This document shows positions 46,281 to 61,228 of a stretch of 64,000 nucleotides of DNA, one piece after another (within the stretch, counting starts at the first letter, position 1; the number at the start of each line of letters is the position of its first letter). A program made the translations under genes and the position numbers. The stretch comes from Eledone cirrhosa (Eukaryota): positions 52,266,001 to 52,330,000 of the forward strand of contig OZ024747.1 in NCBI GenBank assembly GCA_964016885.1. Direction: 5' to 3'. The notes beneath the pieces were generated by a model. That model saw nothing but the letters and a program-made list of their open reading frames with translations. It had not been told where the DNA came from and ran no database searches.

Positions 46281-46623
46281 ATATTAACAAATGGAAACTA
46301 TATTTATAAAACCATATTTATTTCATTATACATATTTCAAGGGCCACCAAGGCAGATTATGGTGCGCTTTCATCAGATAAAATATAATATAGATTAGTTT
46401 TATAAATATATAACTTTATAATTAGATTTTATCTGATGAAAGCGCACGATAATCTGCCTTGGTGGCCCTTGAAATATGTATAATGAAATAAATATGGTTT
46501 TATAAATATAGTTTCCATTTGTTAATATATTGTATATTTACTCCAATAATTTGTTGAGTGCTTTATATCAGCTATAAAAATATTTTGCTTGTTGTATCCC
46601 AACAAATTAAATATAACCTTTAC

Positions 46624-46625
<2 letters not shown>
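46273..46625. mobile_element. head-to-head palindromic pLTR pair with two family A hammerheads plus right tail
   Basis: Hammerhead (-) 46319-46384 and (+) 46426-46490; arms to ~46538; tail matches 10116-10205. Confidence 0.88.
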
Positions 46626-46700
<75 letters not shown>

Positions 46701-47063
46701 GGTGTGGTCGTGTACATATGAATGTAACTTTAAACGTATGCAGCGCATGACACCATCTGTGTAAAAGGTCGTCTGCCAGGATGACGTGTGATCATTAACA
46801 TCGCAGCGAGCCACTCGCTTCCAAAGCAAAGTTGTCAAGTGATCGAATGAAGAGGTAACATCTAGAAGAATCGCACGCCTAACAGCCAGCAAATAGAGGG
46901 TAATGAGGGTGTTGTGTTGGTTGGAGGGTGGGTAAGTGTGGGGTGGCAGTAATATGGGTGGGTAGATGACTAATGGAGCTGCCAGATGAGACGACAGCCA
47001 GCCTGATATTGAATCAAGTCTGTGAAAAACTAAATGGTGGAAGAGTAATGGCCGAAGGTGGTT

Positions 47064-47156
<93 letters not shown>

Positions 47157-47362
47157 ATAAACATATATATAAGTGCGCGTGTGTGGATGTGCACGTGTAT
47201 AGTATTAATGTCGAAAGTAGGTAAAATCGCTGCACTTGGAGTGTGAGAAAAACAGAACGAGAGAAATATGGAAGAGTTGGATAAAATAAATTGCTGTTAG
47301 TGAAAGAGTAGTTGGTCAAATACAACACGAGAGAGACACTGAGAAGTAATAAAGAAATATAT

Positions 47363-47594
<232 letters not shown>

Positions 47595-47761
47595 CATTCA
47601 AATGACAATAGCAACAATAACAAAAACAACAGAAATAACAACAAAAATATGATGTACGGTAATGAAAATATTTTTAAAAAATGGAAAAAATTTATATAAC
47701 GAAAATTTCGTAAAAGGATATTGTAGATACATTACCCAATATCTTAGACGTATATATATAT

Positions 47762-47804
<43 letters not shown>

Positions 47805-47939
47805 GACATACGCACATATTACGAAGAGTGCTTTCCAAATAATAGAAACATCAACACAAAAGATATGAGATTTACACATTCAAGGCCCACGGTAACACAG
47901 TGACATCACGCAATGATGACATGCAAAGAAAATAATAAA

Positions 47940-49740
47940 AACAATAATGTTTTTTTTTATTGACCACAAAGGGTTTACATAAAAATACATTAAGGACAGC
48001 ACAAGACGGTACAATGTGGGTTTCTGCCGGTATAAATGAACGTAAAACAAAAGAAAGGATGTAGCAAAAAATAAAAACAAAAGAAAATTCCTCAATATGA
48101 TGGGGGGACTGCCGAGGGTTACTCATGGAGCAAGCCTAATAAATGATGATTTCTTTATTAGCCACACAGGGCTCACACGAAGAAAACATTAAGGACGGTA
48201 TATGACAAAACAGGATACGGAGGACAACCTTGGCGGACCGAGCGCGTGATGTCGAACGCTTCCGAGGCCATATGTCACCGTGCATAACAACGATCCTCTC
48301 TCCGAAAAACGAGCCCAAAGTGGGCTGCTTGGAGCACCGCCGCCAGGTACTAACGGTCAACCCTATCGAATGCTTTCGACTGATCTAAGTTGATCAGTGT
48401 CCCATCCATGCCAGGTTTCTTAGCTACACTCTCTACGCTGTATCGCATAAGGCGGAGGTTGTTGTGGCTGGATCGCTCTGGAATAGCACATGTCTGCACC
48501 TCTCCTACTAGACCACCGACGACAAGCGCCAACGTCGTCGCTAACACATTGGAAACAATTTTGAACTCTGCATTATGGGCCTAAAATTATCCAATATAAT
48601 TCATTTTGTTCAAGAAATCCAGTCGGTATCTGTCAGGCAGTTGGAAGAATCTGAGCAGGTTTGTGAGGTTTTGACACCATCCTTCCCTATCCGTTAGTCC
48701 TACACAGTCCCAGGATGCATCCAATATACTTAGAAAGCTCTACAAGCGCTTAAAGAATTCTATTCGTCCTGCCCCTGTCGGAGCATAGACGGTGATTAAT
48801 CTAAAGACGTGCTCTTGGCTGCTCGTCATGTCCAGCACCAGCGACTTATCTTCGGGTCCAAGGAAGATGGTCCGTATTTTGAGATCCAGGCCTTTCCGGA
48901 ATAACACAGTGACTCAGCTTGTAGAGCCGAAACGCAAAGAAAAATACATATGGACAAAGACAATAGTGATTTACATATCAAACATGTAAACAATGGAAAC
49001 GTGAAACCACTAGCAATAAATTAATAACAAGAGACTTTCCCAATAGTAGGGATCACCACCCAGGGATAATGTAGGAACCACACATTCTGAAATCACCCTA
49101 ACCCATATGAACTCTCCAGCCTACATGTGCATGCTCAGAGTAGGTCTATTCACTCGGGTCATCTTCGCTACTTTCACCCACAGTTGAACAAATGTCTTGG
49201 GTGTCAGCACTTTTCTCTCCACCCTCATCTTATGAAGACTTAGCCGAAGCCACCAGACAGAGCAAAACTATCTGTCCTTCCCAGTGGCGGGGTGATCTTC
49301 AAGATCGTTTAGGCCGATAGCCTGATCTCCGTCCTTCACGTGATAACAGCTATTCGACAAAATTCTACAAATCAGCAATACTCGGCTCTCTCACTTACCT
49401 TTTGTGAAACACTTTAGAAAGCAGAACCTACCTCTCCACTTTCAATTTTCTTTTTGTGTTGTACTCGAAGAAGTTGACGAGGACTTGACTGAAAAGGAAA
49501 CTTCCTGTATTTAAGACTTTCACTCTTGTCCACCACGCAATTTCTTTTTACCATAACCACAATGCTGAAGAAATCTTGCCACGGTTCTTCACCAAGGTAA
49601 GATGATGGTTTCATTTTTCACTATAGATTCGGTCGTCATCTGGATCCGTCTAAGATGCGATAACAGCTGCTCGGCACAAGCCCATAAATCTGTGATGCAC
49701 ACACAATATCACTTCCGGGAATCCACTACACTGCCTGTAA
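47940..49740 (-). mobile_element. rearranged L1/Tx1-like LINE fragments
   Basis: QTCAIP.RS..NN...LINLDQSKAFDRVD (48350-48547); FRLITVYAPT APE piece (~48780-48900); 3' ends at ~47955 and ~48155. Confidence 0.75.
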
Positions 49741-50819
49741 AGTAATCAATATTTCTCTGAAATTCAATAATCTATAATATTCATGCTATCAAATGTTTAT
49801 TATTGTCAATTATGTTTTATAGTGATTAATTATGAAATATCTGCATAACCAGTAAATTAAACAGAAGTGTTTTCATGACGTTGCAACGTTCACGTTGGTA
49901 AGTGATTTTAACGATATTGCATTGTATTTTGAAATATCTATATTATATATTTCACTGGAAATTCCTTGATTTCACAAGTTATTATATATATTTTCTATTG
50001 CGTTTTCTTGTTGAATGAATATATTTAATATTTTATTCATTACTGTGGCTACATTTTTATATTACATTATAGTAAAAATCTATTTATATGATATTTTCTC
50101 TACAGCTTTGGTGGAATAAATATTTATTTCGATAAATGCTTAATTACGATAATTTCAATTTGAATCATCTCATTAGTGAATAAAAACATAAAAGTCGTCT
50201 TTCTAAGGTAACATTTCTTTCTTGTTATACATGAACTATCATATCCAATCATATCAGTCAAGACATTTGCTGGTAACTATTTTAAATATATTTAGATGTT
50301 TCACAATTACAAAGGTGATGATTTCGCTGTAAATGATTTCAACATTTGCTAGCGAGGAAAGCTATTCATGGTGAATGTATAATTGGAGCTTTACCAGTGA
50401 ATGTTTTTCCAATAATTATTTTATCTTTAGAAAATGCTGTACCATTTTAGTGAATGCAACGCAGAAATGATATAACAGCCGTAAATTATCCAGACTTTCA
50501 TGGCATTGTGTAACGAACGTCTCTACCTAAAATTACACATATAAAACAATTTACAAAGGTTTTATCTAACTGATGACCACATGGCTAGGGCAATCTCTAT
50601 AGAAATATTACTTAATAACAGAGATACTAAATATCACTGATAGGGTATTTTTAATGATTTATCTGTGTCTTTTCAACACGGATAACAATATCGATAGCTA
50701 ATGCTTGCTTATACTCTGTAAGACTTTAAAACATTGATTGCATAGACACAGCGACATTGGGCATGTTATTTCTATGGGACTCTATGTTCTATTGTGACGT
50801 TAATATCACAATTTATATA

Positions 50820-50913
<94 letters not shown>

Positions 50914-51032
50914 ATTATCATTGTCATAACTGAGGCAGCAGAAAGATGTATTTAGTCAAGTTCCTGAGTTCAAATTCAAGCGAGATCGACTTTGTTTCAA
51001 CATCTCACTAAAAAATTAAATACCAGTTAAAT

Positions 51033-51218
51033 AATTGTTTCTACGTTTGGCACAAGGCCAGCAATTACCCAGTGCACTACTGGTACTTTATTTTATCGAC
51101 CTCCGTAAGGATGAAAGGCAAAGTTGACCTCGGCGGGATTTGAACTCAGAATGGCAAGGGCCGTAACTCTATACGTCAAAACATGGCGTCCGACCCTCTA
51201 CCGATACTGCCAATCCAC
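51033..51218 (-). mobile_element. SINE family 1
   Basis: Full-length reverse match to the 62525 copy. Confidence 0.9.
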
Positions 51219-51484
51219 AATAATGGTGTTCAATTACATCAAAATTACATCAAAACTGCCCACACACATACACAAGTTGTAATAGAACAGAATAAGCTGA
51301 GGTAAACAAAACCTGGCTTCTACAGAATATAAATATATCTGTACACTCACGCATTCCCCCCATATATATATATATATATATATAGCGAGAGAGAGTGAGA
51401 GAGAGAGAGAGAGAGTGAGAGAGAGAGAGTGAGAGAGAGATGTAGCGATACATATATGTCTCGTCTCTGTGTGTGTCTATATAT

Positions 51485-51650
<166 letters not shown>

Positions 51651-51946
51651 CAACCTAGTTGAAAAAACAACTTGTATAAACTCTATTCATTTTGAACAAC
51701 TAATTTTTTCTCATCTAATCTGATTTTCTTCCAATGGAATTAGATTGGAATGAAGCCAAAATCTTTCGTTTTTTCTCCCCACCCCCCTCTCTGTATCTAT
51801 CTATCTCTCTTTCTACGCCCTCCCCCTCCCTTACCCCAGCTTAATGAAATTGAAGCTAATTTCATTCACTTCCTCCCGTTTTATTTCACATGCCTTATTC
51901 GATTTCATTCGAATTTAGTCTTAAGTGTTGAGCGTCCACTCTTACC

Positions 51947-52010
<64 letters not shown>

Positions 52011-52029
52011 TAAAAATAATAATAATAAT

Positions 52030-53740
52030 ACTTTCTTTATTAACCACAAGGGTTTACATAAAGTAGACTTTAAGGACAGTACAGGACAATACAGGACGGT
52101 ACAAATGGGCATTTCTGCGTGTAAAAAACAAAAAAACAGAGGATGTAACAAAAAAATAACAATGAAAATTTCCCCAATAGAGGGGAGACTTCCGAGGGAC
52201 ATTTGTGGAGAAAGCCCATTAAAAGGCCACAGTGACCCTGACCACCAGGGCAAGTGCACTCTCCCAGTTTTCCACCTTTAATTTACAGACACATACTCAG
52301 ACTAGGCCCATTCACTCGGGCCATTCTTGCTTCTCTCACCCATCTTTCAACAAAATGCTGGGAAGAGAGCACTTCTCTCTCTACCCTGATTTTCCTTTTC
52401 AAATGAAATTTGAAAAAGTCAATCAGTGCATCACCGAAGAGGTAAGTGCTCGTCTTCATCCCTTTCAAACGTGTCCACCATACTATCTCTTTCGCCATGG
52501 CCACCCCACCAGACAGATAAAACTGTCTGCCCTTCTCGGCTAAAGGAAGAGGGCGGGGCAATCCTCACGATGGACTCAGCTGATAACCAGATCCGTCCTA
52601 CACGCGACAGCAGGTTTTCGACATAAACCCACAAGTCAGCAATTCTCGGACACCGGACGAATGATAGAAGTCTCCAATAGGATGGAGAATTTCCCAGTGG
52701 TGGTTAAAGAAACCCCTCCCTATATCCGATATCAGTCTGATCACCTCGAGCTTCATAGGAAAGTGCCTTATTCTCTATTCTTTCTAGCCTGAAAAGTCAT
52801 GTTTAGAGTAGGCCCATTCACTCCTGCTATTGTTGGTTAATTCACTCACATTTTAATACAGTGCGAAGGAAAAAGATAGCAAATTCCTCTCCATACTCAC
52901 CTTTCTTTCTATTCGAAATTAACAAAAGTCGATGAGAGCTTGACCAAACAGAACCATACCTGTCTTCAGTTCTTTCAGCCTCGTCTATCACACAGCCTCT
53001 CACTATAGCCACCAGAGAAAGAGAGAGCGAGGGGGGGGGGGGTCATAAGCCCTTCTCAGCCAAACAAAAGCGACAGGGGCGATCTTCAAGATGATTTCGG
53101 CTGATCACGGGATAACAGATGTTCGACAAAACTCCACACTTCAGCAATGCACGGACACTGGATGAGTTTCATCACACTGTGCGCCACCATGACCGTACTT
53201 CTGTAACTGTAGATATTTTCTGACTGGCAGTGTCGTGTCCTCCGCTAGCACTACCAGGCCAGGAGTTTCTGAAAATTCTCCTTAGACCCCTAGCCGAAAG
53301 CCTTTCGTAACAACTTATCAATTCATTCTGATCGACACATAGAATTTCCCCGAGGGCATCGTTGCTCTTGCCCACAGCTAGTTCTCTATAGAACGCTAAC
53401 TTGGAATCTACACAGACCCCATTACACGACTGGTAGAAAGCCGTGAGCGCCTGACATTATTCCAGATGTCCGGTGCTGAGTCTTGGATTTCGAGCAGATG
53501 CCACAGTACAATAAAACAATCTTTAATGACGGCCTCCAAATAACGATCGTCAACTCTGTTGAAAGCATTCGACTGGTCGAAATTGATCAGATATTCACTG
53601 AAGCCAGGTTTACTGCTAACCCTCTCTACGATACATCGCACCACGAGATGGAGGTTGTCGTGGATAGACCTAGTCGAGATTGCGCACGTCTGTGTCTTTC
53701 AGTCCACGCTCTAAACGAAAAATGTCAACCTCTTTGTTAG
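52030..53740 (-). mobile_element. L1/Tx1-like LINE ORF2 fragments and 3' end
   Basis: AKEIVWWTR...FFKFHLKRKIRVER...FVERW (C-term); INFDQS.AF.RVD (RT); (TAA)n beside the 3' end. Confidence 0.75.
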
Positions 53741-54360
53741 GATGGATATTTGCTGCAGTCTAATAACTGAACAAGAAGAATGATAAAGAAATGTAGGTGG
53801 TGGACGAGGGGGGGGGGGGGTCTAGAAATAACACGGGGAATATAACGAAGAACACTGAAAGCTCGGAGCAGACTGATAAATGAGGATTTCCAACTCGTCA
53901 GCCGTCATCTGTATGTTTGTTTGGTTTCGGTTGCTAAGACAGTACCACACATCACAGCACACCAATATCTCGTCAAAAACCTCAATCCACACACCAACAC
54001 ACCAACGCACACACACTTACACACACACACACATGCACACATACACACACTCTCTCTCTCTTTCACACACACAGAGCTAAATATAATCGAGTTTGAATTT
54101 ATTCATGCCCAGTTCTTTTATTGTTACCGTCAGCTTCGGGATGAGGCGCTGTCATTATATAAGTAGAAGGCTTTGGTAAACTTAATATTGATCTAATATT
54201 TAATAGACCACACCACGCTGTCCCCTAATTATAGGGATCAATGTTTTTATGTTCCTTTTATAAATATATATATATTTATTTATTTATGTATATATTTATA
54301 TACATACATGTGCACAAGTTTGCACGCACGCATGTATGAACGTGTGTATTATATGGTGTA

Positions 54361-54433
<73 letters not shown>

Positions 54434-54581
54434 TATATGTATATACATATATAGATACATACATATATATATATATAAATACATATATATATATATATAT
54501 ATACATTTATATATGCATACATATATGTATATATATATATATATATGTATACATATATAAATGTATATATATATATGTATT

Positions 54582-54612
<31 letters not shown>

Positions 54613-54711
54613 GTATATACATATATATATACATATATATGTATATATATATATATATATGTATATTTATATATATATATATGTATATATATATTAATCA
54701 ATATATATATA

Positions 54712-54758
<47 letters not shown>

Positions 54759-54771
54759 GTATACATATGTA

Positions 54772-54810
<39 letters not shown>

Positions 54811-55118
54811 TTATATATATATGTATGTATATATATATGTACACACACACACACACACACAGACACACACACAGTTATATATATATATTCTATATTTTTC
54901 TCAAAGGTGAGGTGGGGGCCGCATATATCACTGAATTAATGTGCAAGTTGTGCTAGTTTGTGGCTTAGTGTATTTGCCATTGCAATAAATGTACTTCTAT
55001 TTTGTCCGGACGTGACAAATGCCCCGGATCAACGGAAGGTATGTCTTCATACTGTCCCCACAAATCATTTAATGCTCTCTTACCCTAATTTATTCATTAT
55101 TTCTTTATATATTTATTT

Positions 55119-55155
<37 letters not shown>

Positions 55156-55182
55156 TTTGTCGTCGTCTTCATTAATATTTTT

Positions 55183-55230
<48 letters not shown>

Positions 55231-55352
55231 GAATTTTCTGTATTTTTTTTTTTTTTTTATATTTCTTTTTTGTTTATATTTTTATCTTTATATTTTTTTT
55301 TTAAATCGATGATGTATTTATATTTATTTATTGTTTTTATTAACGTATTACA

Positions 55353-55384
<32 letters not shown>

Positions 55385-55792
55385 GTTGTGTGTGTGTGTG
55401 GTTGTGTTTGTGTGTGTGTGTGTGTGTTTGTGTGTGGTTGTGTTTGTGTGTGTGTTTGTGTGTGGTTGTGTTTGTGTGTATGTATGTATGTGTGTTTGTG
55501 TGGTTGTGTTTGTGTTTGCATGTGTATATGTTTATGTGTATGTTCGTGTAAATGATTATTTGTGTGATTGTTTGCTTACATGTACGTTTATGTGTGTGTG
55601 TGTTTGTGGGTGTATGCTTGTGGTTGTATGTTTGTGTATGTGTGTGTGTGTGCGCGCGCATGAATGTGTGTGTGTATGTACGTTCGTGCGTATGTATGTT
55701 TGTGTGTATGTTTGAGTCTTTAAATTATTAGTGGAGGTGTTGTCTTGCTTTTCTTGAACTGAGCTTGTCATTGTCGTTATATCACAGCACAA

Positions 55793-56012
55793 GGGCGGTG
55801 GATTGGCAGTATCGGTAGAGGTTCGGACGCCATGCTTTGCAGCATAGAGTTACGGCCCTTTATGATCTGTGTTCAAATCACGCCGAGGCTAACTTTGCCT
55901 TTCATCCTTACGCGGTCGATAAAATAAAGTACCAGTCACGCACTGGGGTCGATTTAATCGACTTTCCCCTCCCCCAAAATTGCAGGCTTGTGCCTATATA
56001 AGAAACCGTTAT
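55793..56012 (+). mobile_element. SINE family 1
   Basis: gggcggtggattggcagtatcggtagag head through the conserved body. Confidence 0.9.
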
Positions 56013-56115
56013 ATCACCGCACAGGCTTTACTTCTATGTGAATGTGTTTATATATCTGTGTGTATGGGTGTATTTATATGTGCGAGTATGAGTACCTGTG
56101 AGTGTGCTCCAGATA

Positions 56116-56175
<60 letters not shown>

Positions 56176-56280
56176 ATAGAGAGAGAGAGAGTGTGTGTGT
56201 GCACGGTGTGTATATTTCTGTGTTTGTGTATTTACGAAAAATGTTATCGTCATCCATGAATGTATGTGTGGTTAACTGGA

Positions 56281-57985
56281 CTTGTGTGCATATGTGTTTG
56301 TGTTGTGTGTATATGTGTTTGTGTTGTGTGCATATGTGTTTGTATTGTGTGCATATGTGTTTGTGTTGTGTGCATATGTGTTTGTGTTGTGTGTATATGT
56401 GTTTGTGTTGTGTGCATATGTGTTTGTGTTGTGTGCATATGTGTTTGTGTTGTGTGCATATGTGTTTGTGTTGTGTGCATATGTGTTTGTGTTGTGTGCA
56501 TATGTGTTTGTGTTGTGTGCATATGTGTTTGTGTTGTGTGTATATGTGTTTGTGTTGTGTGCATATGTGTTTGTGTTGTGTGCATATGTGTTTGTGTTGT
56601 GTGTATATGTGTTTGTGTTGTGTGCATATGTGTTTGTGTTGTGTGCATATGTGTTTGTGTTGTGTGCATATGTGTTTGTGTTGTGTGCATATGTGTTTGT
56701 GTTGTGTGCATATGTGTTTGTGTTGTGTGCATATGTGTTTGTGTTGTGTGCATATGTGTTTGTGTTGTGTGCATATGTGTTTGTGTTGTGTGCATATGTG
56801 TTTGTGTTGTGTGCATATGTGTTTGTGTTGTGTGCATATGTGTTTGTGTTGTGTGTATATGTGTTTGTGTTGTGTGCATATGTGTTTGTGTTGTGTGCAT
56901 ATGTGTTTGTGTTGTGTGCATATGTGTTTGTGTTGTGTGCATATGTGTTTGTGTTGTGTGTATATGTGTTTGTGTTGTGTGTATATGTGTTTGTGTTGTG
57001 TACATATGTGTTTGTGTTGTGTGTATATGTGTTTGTGTTGTGTGCATATGTGTTTGTGTTGTGTGTATATGTGTTTGTGTTGTGTGTATATGTGTTTGTG
57101 TTGTGTGCATATGTGTTTGTGTTGTGTGCATATGTGTTTGTGTTGTGTGCATATGTGTCTGTGTTGTGTGCATATGTGTTTGTGTTGTGTGCATATGTGT
57201 TTGTGTTGTGTGCATATGTGTTTGTGTTGTGTGTATATGTGTTTGTGTTGTGTGCATATGTGTATGTGTTGTGTGTATATGTGTTTGTGTTGTGTGTATA
57301 TGTGTTTGTGTTGTGTGTATATGTGTTGTGTGCATATGTGTTTGTGTTGTGTGTATATGTGTTTGTGTTGTGTGTATATGTGTTTGTGTTGTGTGCATAT
57401 GTGTTTGTGTTGTGTGTATATGTGTTTGTGTTGTGTGTATATGTGTTTGTGTTGTGTGCATATGTGTTTGTGTTGTGTGTATATGTGTTTGTGTTGTGTG
57501 TATATGTGTTTGTGTTGTGTGTATATGTGTTGTGTGCATATGTGTTTGTGTTGTGTGTATATGTGTTTGTGTTGTGTGTATATGTGCTTGTGTTGTGTGT
57601 ATATGTGTTTGTGTTGTGTGTATATGTGTTTGTGTTGTGTGTATATGTGTTTGTGTTGTGTGTATATGTGCTTGTGTTGTGTGTATATGTGTTTGTGTTG
57701 TGTGTATATGTGTTTGTGTTGTGTGTATATGTGTTTGTGTTGTATGTACATGTGTTTGTGTTGTGTGCATATGTGTTTGTGTTGTGTGCATATGTGTTTG
57801 TGTTGTGTGTATATGTGTTTGTGTTGTGTGTATATGTGCTTGTGTTGTGTGTATATGTGCTTGTGTTGTGTGTATATGTGTTTGTGTTGTGTGTATATGT
57901 GTTTGTGTTGTGTGTATATGTGTTTGTGTTGTATGTACATGTGTTTGTGTTGTGTGCATATGTGTTTGTGTTGTATGTACATGTG
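56281..57985. repeat. 21-bp minisatellite, ~80 copies
   Basis: Unit tgtgtg(c/t)atatgtgtttgtgt; source of the 580-715 aa ORFs in several frames. Confidence 0.97.
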
Positions 57986-59043
57986 TGTGCATCTGTCTAC
58001 GCGTCGTGTAAATATCGTGTCATATTCATCTGGACGACTGTGTATATATATATATATATATATATTACTTATACTTACATATTTTATACATATTGTGTGT
58101 GTGTGTGTGTGTGTGTGTCTATTATAAACGTGTACATAGCGTCTATTTTTGAATTTTTCGTACTCATTTTTATTTTTGGCAGTGGTTGTTTGTTGTTGTT
58201 GTTGCTACTGTTTTATGGCCAATATCTGGCGTTGTTTGTGTCTCCATGTATTTTTTTATATTTCCCTCTCTACCACAAGCCACACACCAACCAGAATAAC
58301 GCTATAACGAGATTTAAACAATGTTCGCAGTAGTTTCTCTCGTCCCACTGAGAATTAGAGTTACGGCCGTCTTGCTAGTTGAAATGTTGACAATACGGAT
58401 TGTGACAGTTCTTGGGGATTTTTTATTTGTTGTGGTTAGGATTGTTCTTGTTCTTGTTGTTCTCCAGTAATAAAAAAAAAAATAGGGTTTGGTAAGTACT
58501 GACATAGAGGCTGGTAATTGTTTATTTAATAACCACTATATCGGCTCAACCCAACTGCTGATATTTGCTTCATGGTCTCGAAGGAGCGGACAGAATGGCG
58601 AATGTCTTACCCCAGAGGATAGGGAGTGAGATGCCCTGAAAGAGACAGTCTCTCTCCCCCTCATCTCCCGGTATTGGTGCTTGCTGATGGCCATCTATAT
58701 CCCAATGGCTGTAGGTGAGGAGTTGGTTCGGGGGTCCATGATGCCAGATGTTTCCACCATTGTAGGTTCAACAAGAAAACAGATCACCTCGTGGGGCTTG
58801 ATCATGGAGACTACCATCTTCATTTCGATCGCAGTATGCAAGCGATGCAAGGAACTATGATGCCAGATGTTTCCACTGCTAAGTGTTCACCGTTAAACTT
58901 ATTGGTACTAAGCTAAATACAGTCTTAAACTTCCTATTCTCTCCGTTCTGTACAAAACGACTCATTTCCAGTTGAGAAATCCACTGTTGTTGTCATCATC
59001 ATTATCATGAGTAAACATTTTATAATTAATACATGATGTAGAG

Positions 59044-59366
59044 CAGTGGTTCTCAACCTTTTTTTTTAGCTCAAGGCCCACTTTGAACCCAGAATCTTTC
59101 CGTGGCCCATGAAATTATTGTAATGTAAAAACTACTTCCATTTTACATAGAATATATCCAATAAAAATACAACTATGTCTATTTATTGGACACAATTTCA
59201 CAAGCATCTAAAATATTTAGCATCTCCAAGGAAGCGACCATTTATTATCAATATTTATTTTTACAATTTTTCCTATATATGGCACAAAAAGTATAAAATT
59301 TCTGTGGCCCACCTGAAGTTTTCCATGGCTCATGTTAGCCATGTGGCCATAGGTTGGGAAACACTG
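59044..59366. mobile_element. hAT (Charlie-like) MITE
   Basis: TIRs cagtggttctcaacct / aggttgggaaacactg; flanks atgtagag / ttgtaaac (decayed 8-bp TSD). Confidence 0.75.
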
Positions 59367-60045
59367 TTGTAAACAATATATCAGTGCAGGCAGACCCGGT
59401 ACTTACAATTGAGCCAAGGCAGTCATCTTTGTCACATCTTATAGAGGTACATTACTGATGCTTAAAGGATCACATTTATTTATATAATTGAATTAATTAT
59501 ATAACAATATCCTGGGATCAATAGTCTCTAATATCATTGCAACATTGTAGAAATATACAGAATGGTTAAGGGGTTCGTGATGTCTTATGACCTGTAATAA
59601 CATGATTTGGCGTGGGTCAATGTTGACTGCATAGTAGGAAACGCAAGCTTTGTTATTTTTGAGTGCGTTTAGAGCAAGAAGTGTCAAAATAAGGTTTTTT
59701 TCAATTTGCTCAACTGTATGTTGAAATATTGGAAGCAGGGGGCAGACATTATAAAGCTAGCCTAGTATGTAGATTTCCTTTTCATCTGATCATTATGAAA
59801 TTATAAACCTGTTTATGTGTCTGGTGTGTGTGTGTGTGTGTGTGTGTGTGTATTTATGTATCTGGTGTGTGTTTGTGTCGTGTATATGGTGTGTGTGTGT
59901 GCGTGTTGTGAATGTATGTGTGCGTTGTGTCTCTGTAACGGAGAGATGTGCATGTGTTTGTGCATGCATGTGTGTGGTGAGTGTATGCATGTTTGTGAAT
60001 ATGTATGTCTGTGGTGGGTGGGTGTGTGTGTGTGTGTCTGTGTGT

Positions 60046-60137
<92 letters not shown>

Positions 60138-60619
60138 AGGCTCAGTGGTGTACATAAATCGGAATATGTCGGTGACTGTTTGAAAACAGACTTGCCAATT
60201 GAGAAGACAAAGACGAAAGAAAACAATAAGCAAGAATTCCCGTCACGGAGTTATCATGTATATGATAATTGAACACAATAAGTCGGGACAGATTCCGTGT
60301 GTAGAAATTGGATTGTGTTAGAAGCTTCTGGCTTTGAATTAACAAATTCTTCGTCTACTTTCTTTTCTATTGACATTCCGAAAAACCGAAAAACACAGTT
60401 TTTCCACAAATCAATCTCTAGAAAAATAGAGGAAAATGATGTCATCATAGTTGTTTACAATTATTCTACCTACGTATGTATGTATGTATGTGTGTATGTA
60501 TGTATGTATGTATGTATGTATGTATGTATGTATGTATGTATGTATGTATGTATGTATACATGCATGTATGTATGTATGTATGTATGTATGTATGTATGTA
60601 TGTATGTGTGTATGTATGT

Positions 60620-61228
60620 ATGTTCTTCTGGTTTTATAATTTCACAAATTTTTACCAATAGAGAGAGAGCCGGTTTCTAACATAGACACAAGACTCTCTC
60701 ATTGGAATTGACTCAACATCAACTAGGTAGATTATGTATGCATGCATGCATGAGTAGATATGGATGTGTATATTTTGAGTTGTATGTGTGCATATGCATA
60801 AGCTTTGTATCTGTACATGTGTATATGCAGTTATTAGATGCAACATTTTTGGAATGTTTTACATATTTTTACTTTTCCATTAATGTATGTATGTATGTAT
60901 GTATGTATGTATGTATGTATGTATGTATGTATGTATGTATGTATGTTCTTCTGGTTTTATAATTTTATAAATTTTAACAATAGAGAGAGAGAGTCAGTTT
61001 CTAACATAGACACAAGACTCTCTCATTAGAATTTACACGACATCAACTAGGTAGATATGTATACATGTCTGCATGTGTGTGCAGGTATGGATGTTATTGT
61101 ATGTGTGGATGTGGATGTTTTGAGTGGTATGTGTACCTGTGCATATGCTTTGTTTCTGTACATGTGTATATGCAGTTATTTGATGCAGAACGTTTGGAAT
61201 GTTTTACATATTTTTACTGTTCCATTAA
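60620..61228. repeat. tandem duplication of a ~270-bp unit separated by (ATGT)n
   Basis: 'gttcttctggttttataattt...tttctaacatagacacaagactctctcatt...ttccattaa' at ~60620 and ~60943. Confidence 0.85.

Noticed and set aside
55980-58333. Cys-rich 580-715 aa ORFs (metallothionein/keratin-associated-like)
   Set aside because: Read-through of a 21-bp minisatellite in five frames
60130-60440. Possible host exon or transposase fragment
   Set aside because: Stops interrupt the frames examined and no motif is recognisable with confidence
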